In this document: piece after piece, positions 42,868 to 51,156 of the stretch
Position numbering within the stretch: the first letter of the stretch is position 1
Layout of the letters: the number at the start of each line of letters is the position of its first letter
Assembly: GCA_030646565.1 (NCBI GenBank)
Contig: JAUSLA010000015.1
Span: 1-51,468, forward strand
Reading direction: 5' to 3'
DNA: 51,468 nt
Source of the DNA: a bacterium
Lineage (GTDB): Bacteria > Patescibacteriota > Minisyncoccia > Minisyncoccales > RBG-13-42-11
Notes under the pieces: generated by a model
Told to the model about the DNA's origin: nothing
Database searches by the model: none
What the model saw: the letters and a program-made list of their open reading frames with translations, nothing else
Made by a program: the position numbers and the translations under genes

Positions 42868-43704
42868 ATGCCAAAAGTCGCAATTATCGGAGGAAGCGGG
42901 GTTTACGACTCCGGAATTTTTAAAAAGGAAAAAGAGGTTAGAATAAAAACTCCGTTCGGCTATCCTTCCTCGCCAATTGAAATCGGCGATTTTCTGGGCC
43001 CCGAAGGAGACGCTTCGCGACCCTACGGGGCAAGCCAAAAAATCGCTTTTTTGGCAAGGCACGGAAAGAATCATCAATTTCCTCCGCATAAAGTTCCTCA
43101 AAAAGCCAACCTTTGGGCTTTGAAAAAACTAGGCGTTGAAAGAATAATTGGAATTTGCGCTGTCGGCTCTTTAAAGAAAAGTTTTAAGCCGGGAGACATT
43201 GTGATTTGCGATCAGTTTATAGATTTTACCAAAAAACGGGAATACACTTTTTATGATGGTTCGACGAGCTCACCACTTAGCAGTAAGGCGATACACATTT
43301 CTTTGGCCGACCCTTTTTGTCCTGAATTAAGAAAGTTATTTTTTAAAGAAGCGAAAAAGCTAAAAATCCCAGTTCATCAAAAAGGGACTTATCTTTGCAT
43401 CGAAGGGCCGAGATTTTCAACTCGGGCGGAATCAAAATTCTTCAGAAATTTTGCCGATATTATTGGAATGACTTTAATTCCTGAAGCGGTTTTGGCCAGA
43501 GAATTGGAGATTTGTTATTTATCTTTAGCTATGGTAACCGATTACGATGTTTGGCAAGACAGCCCTGTAAGCGCGGAAGAAGTGATAAAGACAATGAAAG
43601 ACAACTTGGAGAAAATCAAAAAATTATTAAAAAATACCATTCCTCAAATTAAAATTCAAAGAAATTGTCCTTGCAAAACAGCTCTCAAAAACGCCAAAAT
43701 TTAA
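42868..43704 (+). CDS. mtnP: S-methyl-5'-thioadenosine phosphorylase
   Basis: The protein has MPKVAIIGGSGVYD, FLARHG, GPRFSTRAE and GMTLIPEAVLARE. I placed the start at ATG 42868. Confidence 0.85.
   Translation: MPKVAIIGGSGVYDSGIFKKEKEVRIKTPFGYPSSPIEIGDFLGPEGDASRPYGASQKIAFLARHGKNHQFPPHKVPQKANLWALKKLGVERIIGICAVGSLKKSFKPGDIVICDQFIDFTKKREYTFYDGSTSSPLSSKAIHISLADPFCPELRKLFFKEAKKLKIPVHQKGTYLCIEGPRFSTRAESKFFRNFADIIGMTLIPEAVLARELEICYLSLAMVTDYDVWQDSPVSAEEVIKTMKDNLEKIKKLLKNTIPQIKIQRNCPCKTALKNAKI
42999..43034 (+). repeat. Family B hairpin element in frame in MTAP (36 nt)
   Basis: CCCCGAAGGAGACGCTTCGCGACCCTACGGGGCAAG encodes most of the GPEGDASRPYGAS segment. It lies just before the conserved FLARHG. 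Confidence 0.75.
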
Positions 43705-43725
43705 TTGGTTTAGCGAATGTTAGAT

Positions 43726-43782
43726 AGCCGAGCCGCAGGCGACGGGTGGAGAAGAACACGAATGTGTTCTTCGACTAGCCGA
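43726..43782 (+). repeat. Family A element (short hairpin 1 variant)
   Basis: The sequence is AGCCGAGCCGCAGGCGACGGGTGGAGAAGAACACGAATGTGTTCTTCGACTAGCCGA. Confidence 0.75.
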
Positions 43783-43919
43783 TATTTAACATAATTTGCG
43801 TTGAACATTGTATTTTTTACTCCATTTGTGGTATAATTTAATTAGAGTGGATATTCTTTAAGCGGGAAACGCAAAACAAAATTATAAATTCGAAGAGATA
43901 TAGTATTCAATAAAAAAAT

Positions 43920-44723
43920 ATGATACAAAAATTTTTTTTGATTTTAGGAATTGTTGCGACGTTAGTAATGGCCGTGCTTTTGATAGGCGTCTACAAACTT
44001 CCCCTGCCGCCAGCCAGCGAGCTTCAAAAAGAAAACAGTTTTATATTTACTGCCGAATATTCCAAGGATAATTTTGAAGTTATAGAAGTAGCGCACATTG
44101 ATAAGCCGGGATATGTTGTGGTTCATGAAAACAACAATGGCACGCCGGGCGAGGTTTTGGGTGTGAGCGGGTTAATAACTGGCACCAATTATGACATAGA
44201 GATTCCCATAGACAGCAGGCAAAGTACAACGAGTGTTATTACAAAACTTTATTATGACAACGGAGATTCTGTATTTGATGTTAAATCTGATGTTCCGGTA
44301 GAGTCAGATAGCGCAACAATAATAGGCCCTGTGGTTGGTCCGTCGGTCAGTCCTGGGGTATTCACCGGAAACTTGCAGCAATTTGAGCCATTCAGAGTTA
44401 ACGCTACAATATTGGATATATACACCATAAACGATGATGGCGTAAAAAAAATGGGTAAAATCAGAATTAACAATATATTGGAGCAATGTGGATCAGCAGT
44501 CTGGGAATGTAAAACAAAAATATCAGCGGGAGACGTATTAGACGTATATTTCCAGCAAGGCACTGTTGTAGGGTCACAGTGTCCTCCTGAGGGAAGCGCA
44601 GCGCCTTGCAGTATTGGTTATAGTGTTGGAAAGGGCGACCAAATAGAAGCAGGACTTCAAATTAACATAGAAGATTCCTCGTATAAGAAAAACACGATTT
44701 TTGTAATAAGAAAAATAGAATAG
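43920..44723 (+). CDS. Secreted or membrane-anchored hypothetical protein
   Basis: The protein has an N-terminal signal-anchor (FFLILGIVATLVMAVLLIGV), a DKPGYVVVHENNNGTPGEVLGVS segment and a Cys-rich C-terminus. The gene has its own terminator. Confidence 0.5.
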   Translation: MIQKFFLILGIVATLVMAVLLIGVYKLPLPPASELQKENSFIFTAEYSKDNFEVIEVAHIDKPGYVVVHENNNGTPGEVLGVSGLITGTNYDIEIPIDSRQSTTSVITKLYYDNGDSVFDVKSDVPVESDSATIIGPVVGPSVSPGVFTGNLQQFEPFRVNATILDIYTINDDGVKKMGKIRINNILEQCGSAVWECKTKISAGDVLDVYFQQGTVVGSQCPPEGSAAPCSIGYSVGKGDQIEAGLQINIEDSSYKKNTIFVIRKIE

Positions 44724-44750
44724 ATAATATTAAAAAAGAGCAGCCAATTA

Positions 44751-44781
44751 CCATAAGGAGCTAAGCTCCTTATGGTTTTTT
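44751..44781 (+). terminator. Rho-independent terminator
   Basis: The sequence is CCATAAGGAGC-TA-AGCTCCTTATGG followed by TTTTTT. Confidence 0.75.
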
Positions 44782-44784
44782 AAT

Positions 44785-44942
44785 ACCGAGTTCGCCAAAG
44801 GTGGACGAAGGTGACTCAAAGAAGATAAATCTTCTTTTCCACCTGCGTCCCACTTTGTGGGACTTGGTAGATGAGGAAGTAGTCCTCATCGCTTACTTGA
44901 GCGAAGCGAAGAGTGAAGATGAGGAAGTAGTCCTCATCGCTT
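44785..44942. repeat. Element-only tract of about 3 family A units upstream of leuS
   Basis: The tract reads ACCGAGTTCGCCAAAGGTGGACGAAGGTGACTCAAAGAAGATAAATCTTCTTTTCCACCTGCGTCCCACTTTGTGGGACTTGGTAGATGAGGAAGTAGTCCTCATCGCTTA...GAAGATGAGGAAGTAGTCCTCATCGCTTA. Confidence 0.8.
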
Positions 44943-44976
44943 AGACAAAATCGGGTTTTTGGGATATGATATTTTT

Positions 44977-45063
44977 ATGAATTATAATCCGCAGGTAATT
45001 GAAAAAAAGTGGCCCCGTAAAGATTTTTCTATGGAAAAATCAACGGGGCAAGCAGAAACATGA
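44977..45063 (+). other. 28-codon upstream ORF: a leuS-like N-terminus interrupted by a family B element
   Basis: The ATG at 44977 opens an ORF encoding MNYNPQVIEKKW followed by element-derived codons. Its stop TGA (45061-45063) overlaps the leuS ATG (45060-45062) as ATGA. Confidence 0.55.
45013..45052 (+). repeat. Family B hairpin element (40 nt)
   Basis: The sequence is CCCCGTAAAGATTTTTCTATGGAAAAATCAACGGGGCAAG. Confidence 0.7.
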
Positions 45064-47549
45064 AATATGAACCGCAGAAAATAGAACCTAAATGGCAAAA
45101 GTATTGGGAGGAACAGGGATATTATCTGGCAGAGGATTTTTCAAAAAAGCCAAAAAAGTATATTTTATTTGAATTTCCTTATCCTTCGGGGGAAGGTCTT
45201 CACGTTGGCCACGCTAGGAGTTATGTTGCCATAGACGCCCTTTCCAGAAAAAAAAGAATGGAAGGATATAATGTTTTATTCCCAATTGGCTGGGATGCTT
45301 TTGGTTTGCCGACAGAGAATTACGCCATCAAAACCGGTATTCATCCCCAAAAAGCAACCGAGCAAAACATCGCTAATTTTAAAAGACAAATGAAAAACTT
45401 GGGCCTTTCTTTTGATTGGTCAAGAGAAATTAATACCACCGACCAAAAATACTACAAATGGACTCAATGGATTTTTCTTAAACTCTACGAGAGGGACTTA
45501 GCTTACCAAGCGGAAATTCCGGTGAATTGGTGTCCTTCCTGTAAAATTGGCTTGGCTAATGAAGAAGTTGTTGGCGCAGGATGCGAGAGATGTGGGACTC
45601 CTGTTGAAAAAAAGATTTTAAAGCAGTGGATGCTTAAAATTACCTCGTACGCAGACAGATTAATAGACGACTTGGAGATGGTTGATTATCCAGAGAGAGT
45701 GAAGTCCCAGCAAAAAAACTGGATCGGTAAAAGCTATGGCGTAGAGATTGATTTTAAGACAACAGGGGCGGAAGAAATAGGCGAAGAGGACAAGTCCTCT
45801 TCTTCACCTTCGTCCCGCAAGCGGGACTCGGTCATTAAGGTTTTTACCACCAGAGCAGACACTCTTTTTGGAGTAACGGCAGTTGTTTTAGCTCCCGAAC
45901 ACGAAATTATTTCAAAATTAAAATCTCGAATTTTAAATCTGAAAGAGGTGCAAGATTACATTAATCAAGCGGTAAAGAGGAGTGAATTTGAGAGGACAGA
46001 ATTGGCGAAAGAAAAAACGGGAGTTGAGTTAAAAGGAGTTAAAGCGATAAATCCGGCTAACGGAGAAGAGGTGCCGGTCTGGGTAGGAGATTATGTGGTG
46101 GCTGTTTATGGCGGCGGAGCGGTTATGGTAGTTCCTGCTCACGATTTTAGGGATTACGATTTTGCCAAAAAATACGGCCTGGAGATAAGAGAAGTTGTTT
46201 CGGTTTGCCCGCCGAAGCCCGAAGGGCGAAGGTGGGGCGGAGATATTTCGAGGGAAGCTTTTGTTGGCTACGGCGTTTTAATTAACTCGGGCCAATTTAA
46301 TGGTTTAACTTCTGAAAAAGCAATTGAAGAAATCACCGCCTGGCTTGAAGTAAGGAATGAAAGTAAAAAAACAATAAAATACAAATTAAGGGACTGGGTT
46401 TTTTCCAGGCAGCATTACTGGGGAGAGCCGATTCCAATTATTCATTGTCCAAAATGCGGGGCAGTGCCGGTGTTAGAAAAAGATTTACCGATAGAGCTTC
46501 CTTATGTTGAAAAATATCAGCCAACAGGAACGGGTGAATCGCCTTTGGCAGTGATTTCAGAATGGGTTAACGTTGCTTGTCCTGAATGCGGCAGCCCGGC
46601 TAAAAGGGAAACAGACACTATGCCCAACTGGGCTGGTTCTAACTGGTATTATATAAGATATTGCGACCCGGATAATAGCAAAGAAATAGCCGATTCTCAA
46701 AAATTGAAATATTGGCTTCCGGTTGACTGGTATAACGGCGGAATGGAGCACACCACTTTGCATCTTTTATATTCTCGTTTTATATATAAATTTCTTTTTG
46801 ATATCAGGGTTGTTTTTCAGCCAGAGCCCTACAAAAAAAGAACTTCACACGGCATGGTCTTGGCCCAAGACGGCAGAAAAATGTCAAAGTCTTTCGGAAA
46901 TGTTATTAATCCTGACGATATTGTCCGGCAATATGGAGCCGACACTCTGCGACTTTATGAAATGTTTATGGGGCCTTTCGGGGAAACAATTGCCTGGAAC
47001 AGCCAAGGATTGAAAGGGTGCCATCGTTTTTTGGAAAAAGTTTGGAGATTAGCTTTAGAATCATCTGCAGAAAATAAAACCAGCGCTAATATATTAAGGG
47101 CCCTGCACAAATTGAATAAAAAAGTGGAAGAGGACTTAGAGGAAACAAAATTTAACACGATAATTGCATCTTTTATGGAGTTTGTTAACCTGGCCCTGGA
47201 GAATGAAAAAGAAATTAGTAGAGAGGCAATTGAGCGATTCTTAATTTTACTTTCTCCTTTTGCTCCCCATATTTCAGAAGAGTTGTGGGAGAAGATTGGG
47301 AAAAATGGCAGCATTCAAAAGCAAGAATGGCCAAAGTACGATCCGTTATTAGTTAAAGAAGAGATTGTTAATTTGATTATTCAGATCAATGGAAAAGTCC
47401 GGGACAAGATTGAGGTTGACCCGGCTCTTTCCGAAGAAAAAGCCAAAGAGATTGCGTTTGCGCGAGAAAAAATTAAAAAATGGATAGATGGCAAGGAAAT
47501 AAAAAAAATAATTTTCATTAAAGATAAGATCATAAATATCGTCGTATAG
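45060..47549 (+). CDS. leuS: Leucine--tRNA ligase
   Basis: The protein has EFPYPSGEGLHVGHARSY (HIGH region), KMSKSFGN, and the editing domain with VFTTRADT. Confidence 0.95.
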   Translation: MKYEPQKIEPKWQKYWEEQGYYLAEDFSKKPKKYILFEFPYPSGEGLHVGHARSYVAIDALSRKKRMEGYNVLFPIGWDAFGLPTENYAIKTGIHPQKATEQNIANFKRQMKNLGLSFDWSREINTTDQKYYKWTQWIFLKLYERDLAYQAEIPVNWCPSCKIGLANEEVVGAGCERCGTPVEKKILKQWMLKITSYADRLIDDLEMVDYPERVKSQQKNWIGKSYGVEIDFKTTGAEEIGEEDKSSSSPSSRKRDSVIKVFTTRADTLFGVTAVVLAPEHEIISKLKSRILNLKEVQDYINQAVKRSEFERTELAKEKTGVELKGVKAINPANGEEVPVWVGDYVVAVYGGGAVMVVPAHDFRDYDFAKKYGLEIREVVSVCPPKPEGRRWGGDISREAFVGYGVLINSGQFNGLTSEKAIEEITAWLEVRNESKKTIKYKLRDWVFSRQHYWGEPIPIIHCPKCGAVPVLEKDLPIELPYVEKYQPTGTGESPLAVISEWVNVACPECGSPAKRETDTMPNWAGSNWYYIRYCDPDNSKEIADSQKLKYWLPVDWYNGGMEHTTLHLLYSRFIYKFLFDIRVVFQPEPYKKRTSHGMVLAQDGRKMSKSFGNVINPDDIVRQYGADTLRLYEMFMGPFGETIAWNSQGLKGCHRFLEKVWRLALESSAENKTSANILRALHKLNKKVEEDLEETKFNTIIASFMEFVNLALENEKEISREAIERFLILLSPFAPHISEELWEKIGKNGSIQKQEWPKYDPLLVKEEIVNLIIQINGKVRDKIEVDPALSEEKAKEIAFAREKIKKWIDGKEIKKIIFIKDKIINIVV
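45779..45832 (-). repeat. Family A element in frame in leuS (18 codons)
   Basis: AGGCGAAGAGGACAAGTCCTCTTCTTCACCTTCGTCCCGCAAGCGGGACTCGGT is translated as GEEDKSSSSPSSRKRDSV. Confidence 0.85.
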
Positions 47550-47574
47550 TTTAAAAATTAGAAATTTCGTTATT

Positions 47575-49401
47575 ATGTGTGGAATAGTCGGTTATATCGG
47601 GAAACAAAAAGCCCTGCCGATTTTAATGGAGGGGCTAAGAAGAGAAAGCTACCGCGGGTATGATTCCAGCGGTATTGTTGTTTTGGATAATGGAAAGCCG
47701 GTTTGCGTAAAAGCTGTCGGGAAATTGGAAAATTTAGAGAAAAAACTTCAGGGAAACCAATTAGATGGTTCTGTGGGGGTGGGCCACGTTCGCTGGTCAA
47801 CCCATGGCGGTGTTACGGAAGAAAATGCTCATCCTCATTCAGATTGCCAGGGGAATATTTTTTTAGTTCATAATGGAATAATTGAAAACTATAAAGAGTT
47901 AAAAGATAAGCTAATATCAGAAGGCCATAAATTTGTTTCAGAAACAGATACGGAAACAATAATCCATCTTATTGAAAAATTTTTCAAGGGAAATTTAGAG
48001 AAGGCGGTTAGAGAAGCCCTTCCTTTGCTCAAGGGAACCTATGGATTAGCTGTTATAGCTCGCGACGACCCTCAAAAAATTGTAGTCGCCCGTCTTTCTA
48101 GTCCCTTGCTGGTTGGTTTGGGGGATAATGAATATTTAGTTGCTTCCGACCCTGCTGCAATAATTGCCCATACAAAAAAAGTTATTTATCTTGACGATGG
48201 AGAGATAGTTACCCTGACCCCGGATAATTTTTTTATACAAGACGCGAATCAAAATCATGTGGAAAAAACAGTTAACGAGATCGACTGGAACATTGAAGAG
48301 GCGCAGAAGGGTGGTTACTCTCATTTTATGCTCAAAGAAATAATAGAGCAACCGGAAAGCATCACTAATACTCTAAGGGGAAAGTTGATTGCAGAATCTG
48401 GTTCGGCAAAACTCGGCGGGTTGGAATTAGTCCAGGAGAAACTGAAAGAAGTAGAAAGGTTTAACATTGTCGCTTGCGGCACGGCGTATTATGCGTCTTT
48501 GGTGGGCAGGTATATGCTGGAAGAATATGCGGGCATTCCTTGTGAAGCGGATTTTGCTTCAGAATTCCGCTACCGAAAATTTATATTAACCAAAAAAACC
48601 GCTTCTCTTTTTATTTCCCAATCAGGAGAAACAGCCGATACTTTGGCCGCCTTGGCCGAGGTAAAAAGGAAAGGAGGATTAACTTTGAGTATTGTTAATG
48701 TGGTTGGCTCTTCGGTCGCCAGAGAAACAGACGCCGGGGTTTACAATCACGCTGGCCCTGAAATCGGAGTAGCCTCAACAAAGGCCTTCACTTCTCAGTT
48801 GGCCATATTGGCGTTATTAACCTTGTTTTTAGGAAGGCAGAGAGAAATGTCTTTGGTGACGGGGCAAAGAATTGTCAAAGAGATTTCAAGAATCCCCGAG
48901 CTCTCAAGGAAAGTTTTGGAGAATAATGGTAAGATAAAAGAGCTGGCGGAAAAATACAAAAATTTTGACAACTTTCTTTTTCTTGGCAGAAAATACAATT
49001 ATCCCGTTGCTTTGGAGGGAGCTTTAAAATTAAAAGAAATATCCTATATTCACGCGGAAGGCTGCGGCGCCGGCGAAATGAAGCACGGCCCCATTGCTTT
49101 AATTGATGAAAAATTTCCAACCGTGGCTATCTGTCCTTTAGATTCTGTCTATGAAAAAATGGTTTCCAATATTGAAGAAATAAGAGCGAGAAAGGGCCCT
49201 GTAATTGCCATTGCCACAGAGGGAGACAAAGATATTGAAAAAATAGCTGACGATGTAATCTATATTCCAAAAACTTTGGAAATGCTGACTCCCATTCTGT
49301 CAGTCATTCCTCTCCAGCTTTTTGCTTATCATATGGCCGTCTTAAATGGAAAAGATCCGGATTATCCCCGGAATCTTGCGAAAAGTTGCACGGTGGAGTA
49401 A
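47575..49401 (+). CDS. glmS: Glutamine--fructose-6-phosphate aminotransferase
   Basis: The protein starts MCGIVGYIG, has two SIS domains and ends with the canonical C-terminal NLAKSCTVE. Confidence 0.95.
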   Translation: MCGIVGYIGKQKALPILMEGLRRESYRGYDSSGIVVLDNGKPVCVKAVGKLENLEKKLQGNQLDGSVGVGHVRWSTHGGVTEENAHPHSDCQGNIFLVHNGIIENYKELKDKLISEGHKFVSETDTETIIHLIEKFFKGNLEKAVREALPLLKGTYGLAVIARDDPQKIVVARLSSPLLVGLGDNEYLVASDPAAIIAHTKKVIYLDDGEIVTLTPDNFFIQDANQNHVEKTVNEIDWNIEEAQKGGYSHFMLKEIIEQPESITNTLRGKLIAESGSAKLGGLELVQEKLKEVERFNIVACGTAYYASLVGRYMLEEYAGIPCEADFASEFRYRKFILTKKTASLFISQSGETADTLAALAEVKRKGGLTLSIVNVVGSSVARETDAGVYNHAGPEIGVASTKAFTSQLAILALLTLFLGRQREMSLVTGQRIVKEISRIPELSRKVLENNGKIKELAEKYKNFDNFLFLGRKYNYPVALEGALKLKEISYIHAEGCGAGEMKHGPIALIDEKFPTVAICPLDSVYEKMVSNIEEIRARKGPVIAIATEGDKDIEKIADDVIYIPKTLEMLTPILSVIPLQLFAYHMAVLNGKDPDYPRNLAKSCTVE

Positions 49402-49433
49402 ATTATTCGTATAAATTCGTAATTCGTAGGGTT

Positions 49434-51155
49434 ATGGAAAATCTTTTGTTAAACCAACCGAATAAAAAAATAATTTTACTGGGCAATGAAGCTATTGTTA
49501 GGGGGGCTTTGGAATCGGGGGTTCAATTTGTTTCTACGTATCCTGGCACTCCGGCTTCGGAAATCGGCAATACATTTTTTAAACTATCCCAAGATAAAGA
49601 ATACAAAGGATATTTTGAATTTTCGGTAAATGAAAAAACGGCTTTAGAAGCAGGTATCGGAGCCTCTTTTTCAGGACTTAAAACTTTGGTGGCAATGAAA
49701 AATTTTGGCGTGAATGTTTGCCTAGACGCTTTACTGCCTTTTATTTATACGGGAACAAAAGGGCCGACAGTTATTGTTGTTGCCGATGATCCTTCTTGCC
49801 ACAGTTCCGCCCAATCCGAAGAAAACAGCAGAGGATTCGCTTATCTTGCGCATATTCCGATATTAGAACCCGCTGATCCGCAAGAGTGCAAAGATTTTTT
49901 GAAATTAGCTTTTCGAATTTCCGAAAAATTTAAAATTCCTGTAATGCTTAGAACAACCACCAGAGTCAGCCATCAGCGTATGCCGGTATTGTTAAATAAA
50001 TTACCTGTCGCAAAACTTGGCCTTCCGGGAAATTTCGTTAAAAATCCGAAAAATTTTATTACTTTCCCGCCGAGGGTTTTAGAGATGAAAAAAGAGTTAT
50101 TGGAAAAAATTGAAAAGATAAGAAGTCTCGCGGAAAATTCTTCAATCAATATTATCGATCATAAAGGATCTTATGGCGGAAAAAAACTCGGCATTATTAC
50201 TTCGGGTATTTCGTACCTCAACACAAAAGAAGCATTAAAAGAGCTTGATTTAAATTTGCCGATCTTGAAATTAGGATTTTTTAATCCTTTGCCGGAACAA
50301 AAAATAACAGTTTTTTTAAAAGGGCTCAAAAAAGTTTTAATAGTAGAAGAACTGGAACCATATTTGGAAAAAGAGTTGCTCGGCCTAGCTAAAAAAACGA
50401 ATTGCAAAATAGAAGTGGTGGGAAAAGAGTTATTGCCGGAAATCGGAGAGTTAAAGCCAGAGACTGTCGCCCTAGCTATTGCTAAATTTTCAAACACAAA
50501 ATACGAGATACAAAATATAAAATATAAAACACAGGCCTTGAAACGTTTTCCTCAGCTTTGTCCGGGATGTCCTTACTGGGCGGTATTGTCTGCTGTTAAG
50601 AAAGCTGTTGATCCTGAAAAAGTTATTTTTGGCGGAGATATCGGTTGCTATATGCTGTTTGGAATGCCCAATCTTAATATGCAAGATTATTTACTCTGTA
50701 TGGGTTCTTCTATTGGAATTGCTCACGGCATCAAAAAAGCGACTGCCGGCCAAAAGCTTATTGCTTTTATTGGAGACTCAACTTTTTTGCATGCGGGGAT
50801 TCCGGCTTTGATCAATACGATTTTTAATAAATCAAATCCTTTAATTATTATTTTAGACAATCAGACCACAGCAATGACCGGCCATCAGCCGAATCCCGCT
50901 ATGGCGAAAAAAATTAATGAAGAATATAAATTCGGCTTCACTGATCCCGATTTTTCCGCAAAAAGCGATGGATGCCAGCCGGCAATAATTATTGAAGACA
51001 TAGTGCGCGCTTGCGGAGTTAAAAATTTAAAAGTAATCGATCAGGTTAAGCAGGAAGAACTTGTGGGTACGATAAAAGAATTTTTAGAAAAAGACGAGGT
51101 TTCAGTGATTATTGCCCGCAAAATGTGCGCGCTATTGGCAAAAAGTTTAAAATAA
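49434..51155 (+). CDS. iorA: Indolepyruvate:ferredoxin oxidoreductase alpha subunit-like (TPP enzyme)
   Basis: The protein has LLGNEAIVRGALESGV, TYPGTPASEI, CPGCPY and GDSTFLHAG (the TPP-binding motif). I placed the start at ATG 49434. Confidence 0.75.
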   Translation: MENLLLNQPNKKIILLGNEAIVRGALESGVQFVSTYPGTPASEIGNTFFKLSQDKEYKGYFEFSVNEKTALEAGIGASFSGLKTLVAMKNFGVNVCLDALLPFIYTGTKGPTVIVVADDPSCHSSAQSEENSRGFAYLAHIPILEPADPQECKDFLKLAFRISEKFKIPVMLRTTTRVSHQRMPVLLNKLPVAKLGLPGNFVKNPKNFITFPPRVLEMKKELLEKIEKIRSLAENSSINIIDHKGSYGGKKLGIITSGISYLNTKEALKELDLNLPILKLGFFNPLPEQKITVFLKGLKKVLIVEELEPYLEKELLGLAKKTNCKIEVVGKELLPEIGELKPETVALAIAKFSNTKYEIQNIKYKTQALKRFPQLCPGCPYWAVLSAVKKAVDPEKVIFGGDIGCYMLFGMPNLNMQDYLLCMGSSIGIAHGIKKATAGQKLIAFIGDSTFLHAGIPALINTIFNKSNPLIIILDNQTTAMTGHQPNPAMAKKINEEYKFGFTDPDFSAKSDGCQPAIIIEDIVRACGVKNLKVIDQVKQEELVGTIKEFLEKDEVSVIIARKMCALLAKSLK

Positions 51156-51156
51156 G

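Noticed and set aside
41830-45063. I considered translational bypassing or RNA-level removal of the family B element as the explanation for the duplicated gene starts.
   Set aside because: Removing the 38 nt at tatD would put the upstream start in frame with the real ATG. Removing the 40 nt at leuS leaves the upstream frame out of register, and it stops at ...GAA ATA TGA. No common in-frame product exists.
806-50811. Many short antisense or out-of-frame track ORFs lie inside large conserved genes, for example 2640..3236, 7605..8045, 10538..10963, 13045..13881, 28252..28587, 29703..30116 and 46955..47314.
   Set aside because: Each is embedded in a gene with clear family signatures on the other strand or in another frame. 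Their composition is typical of shadow ORFs: low complexity, and Ser/Phe/Leu- or Lys-rich.
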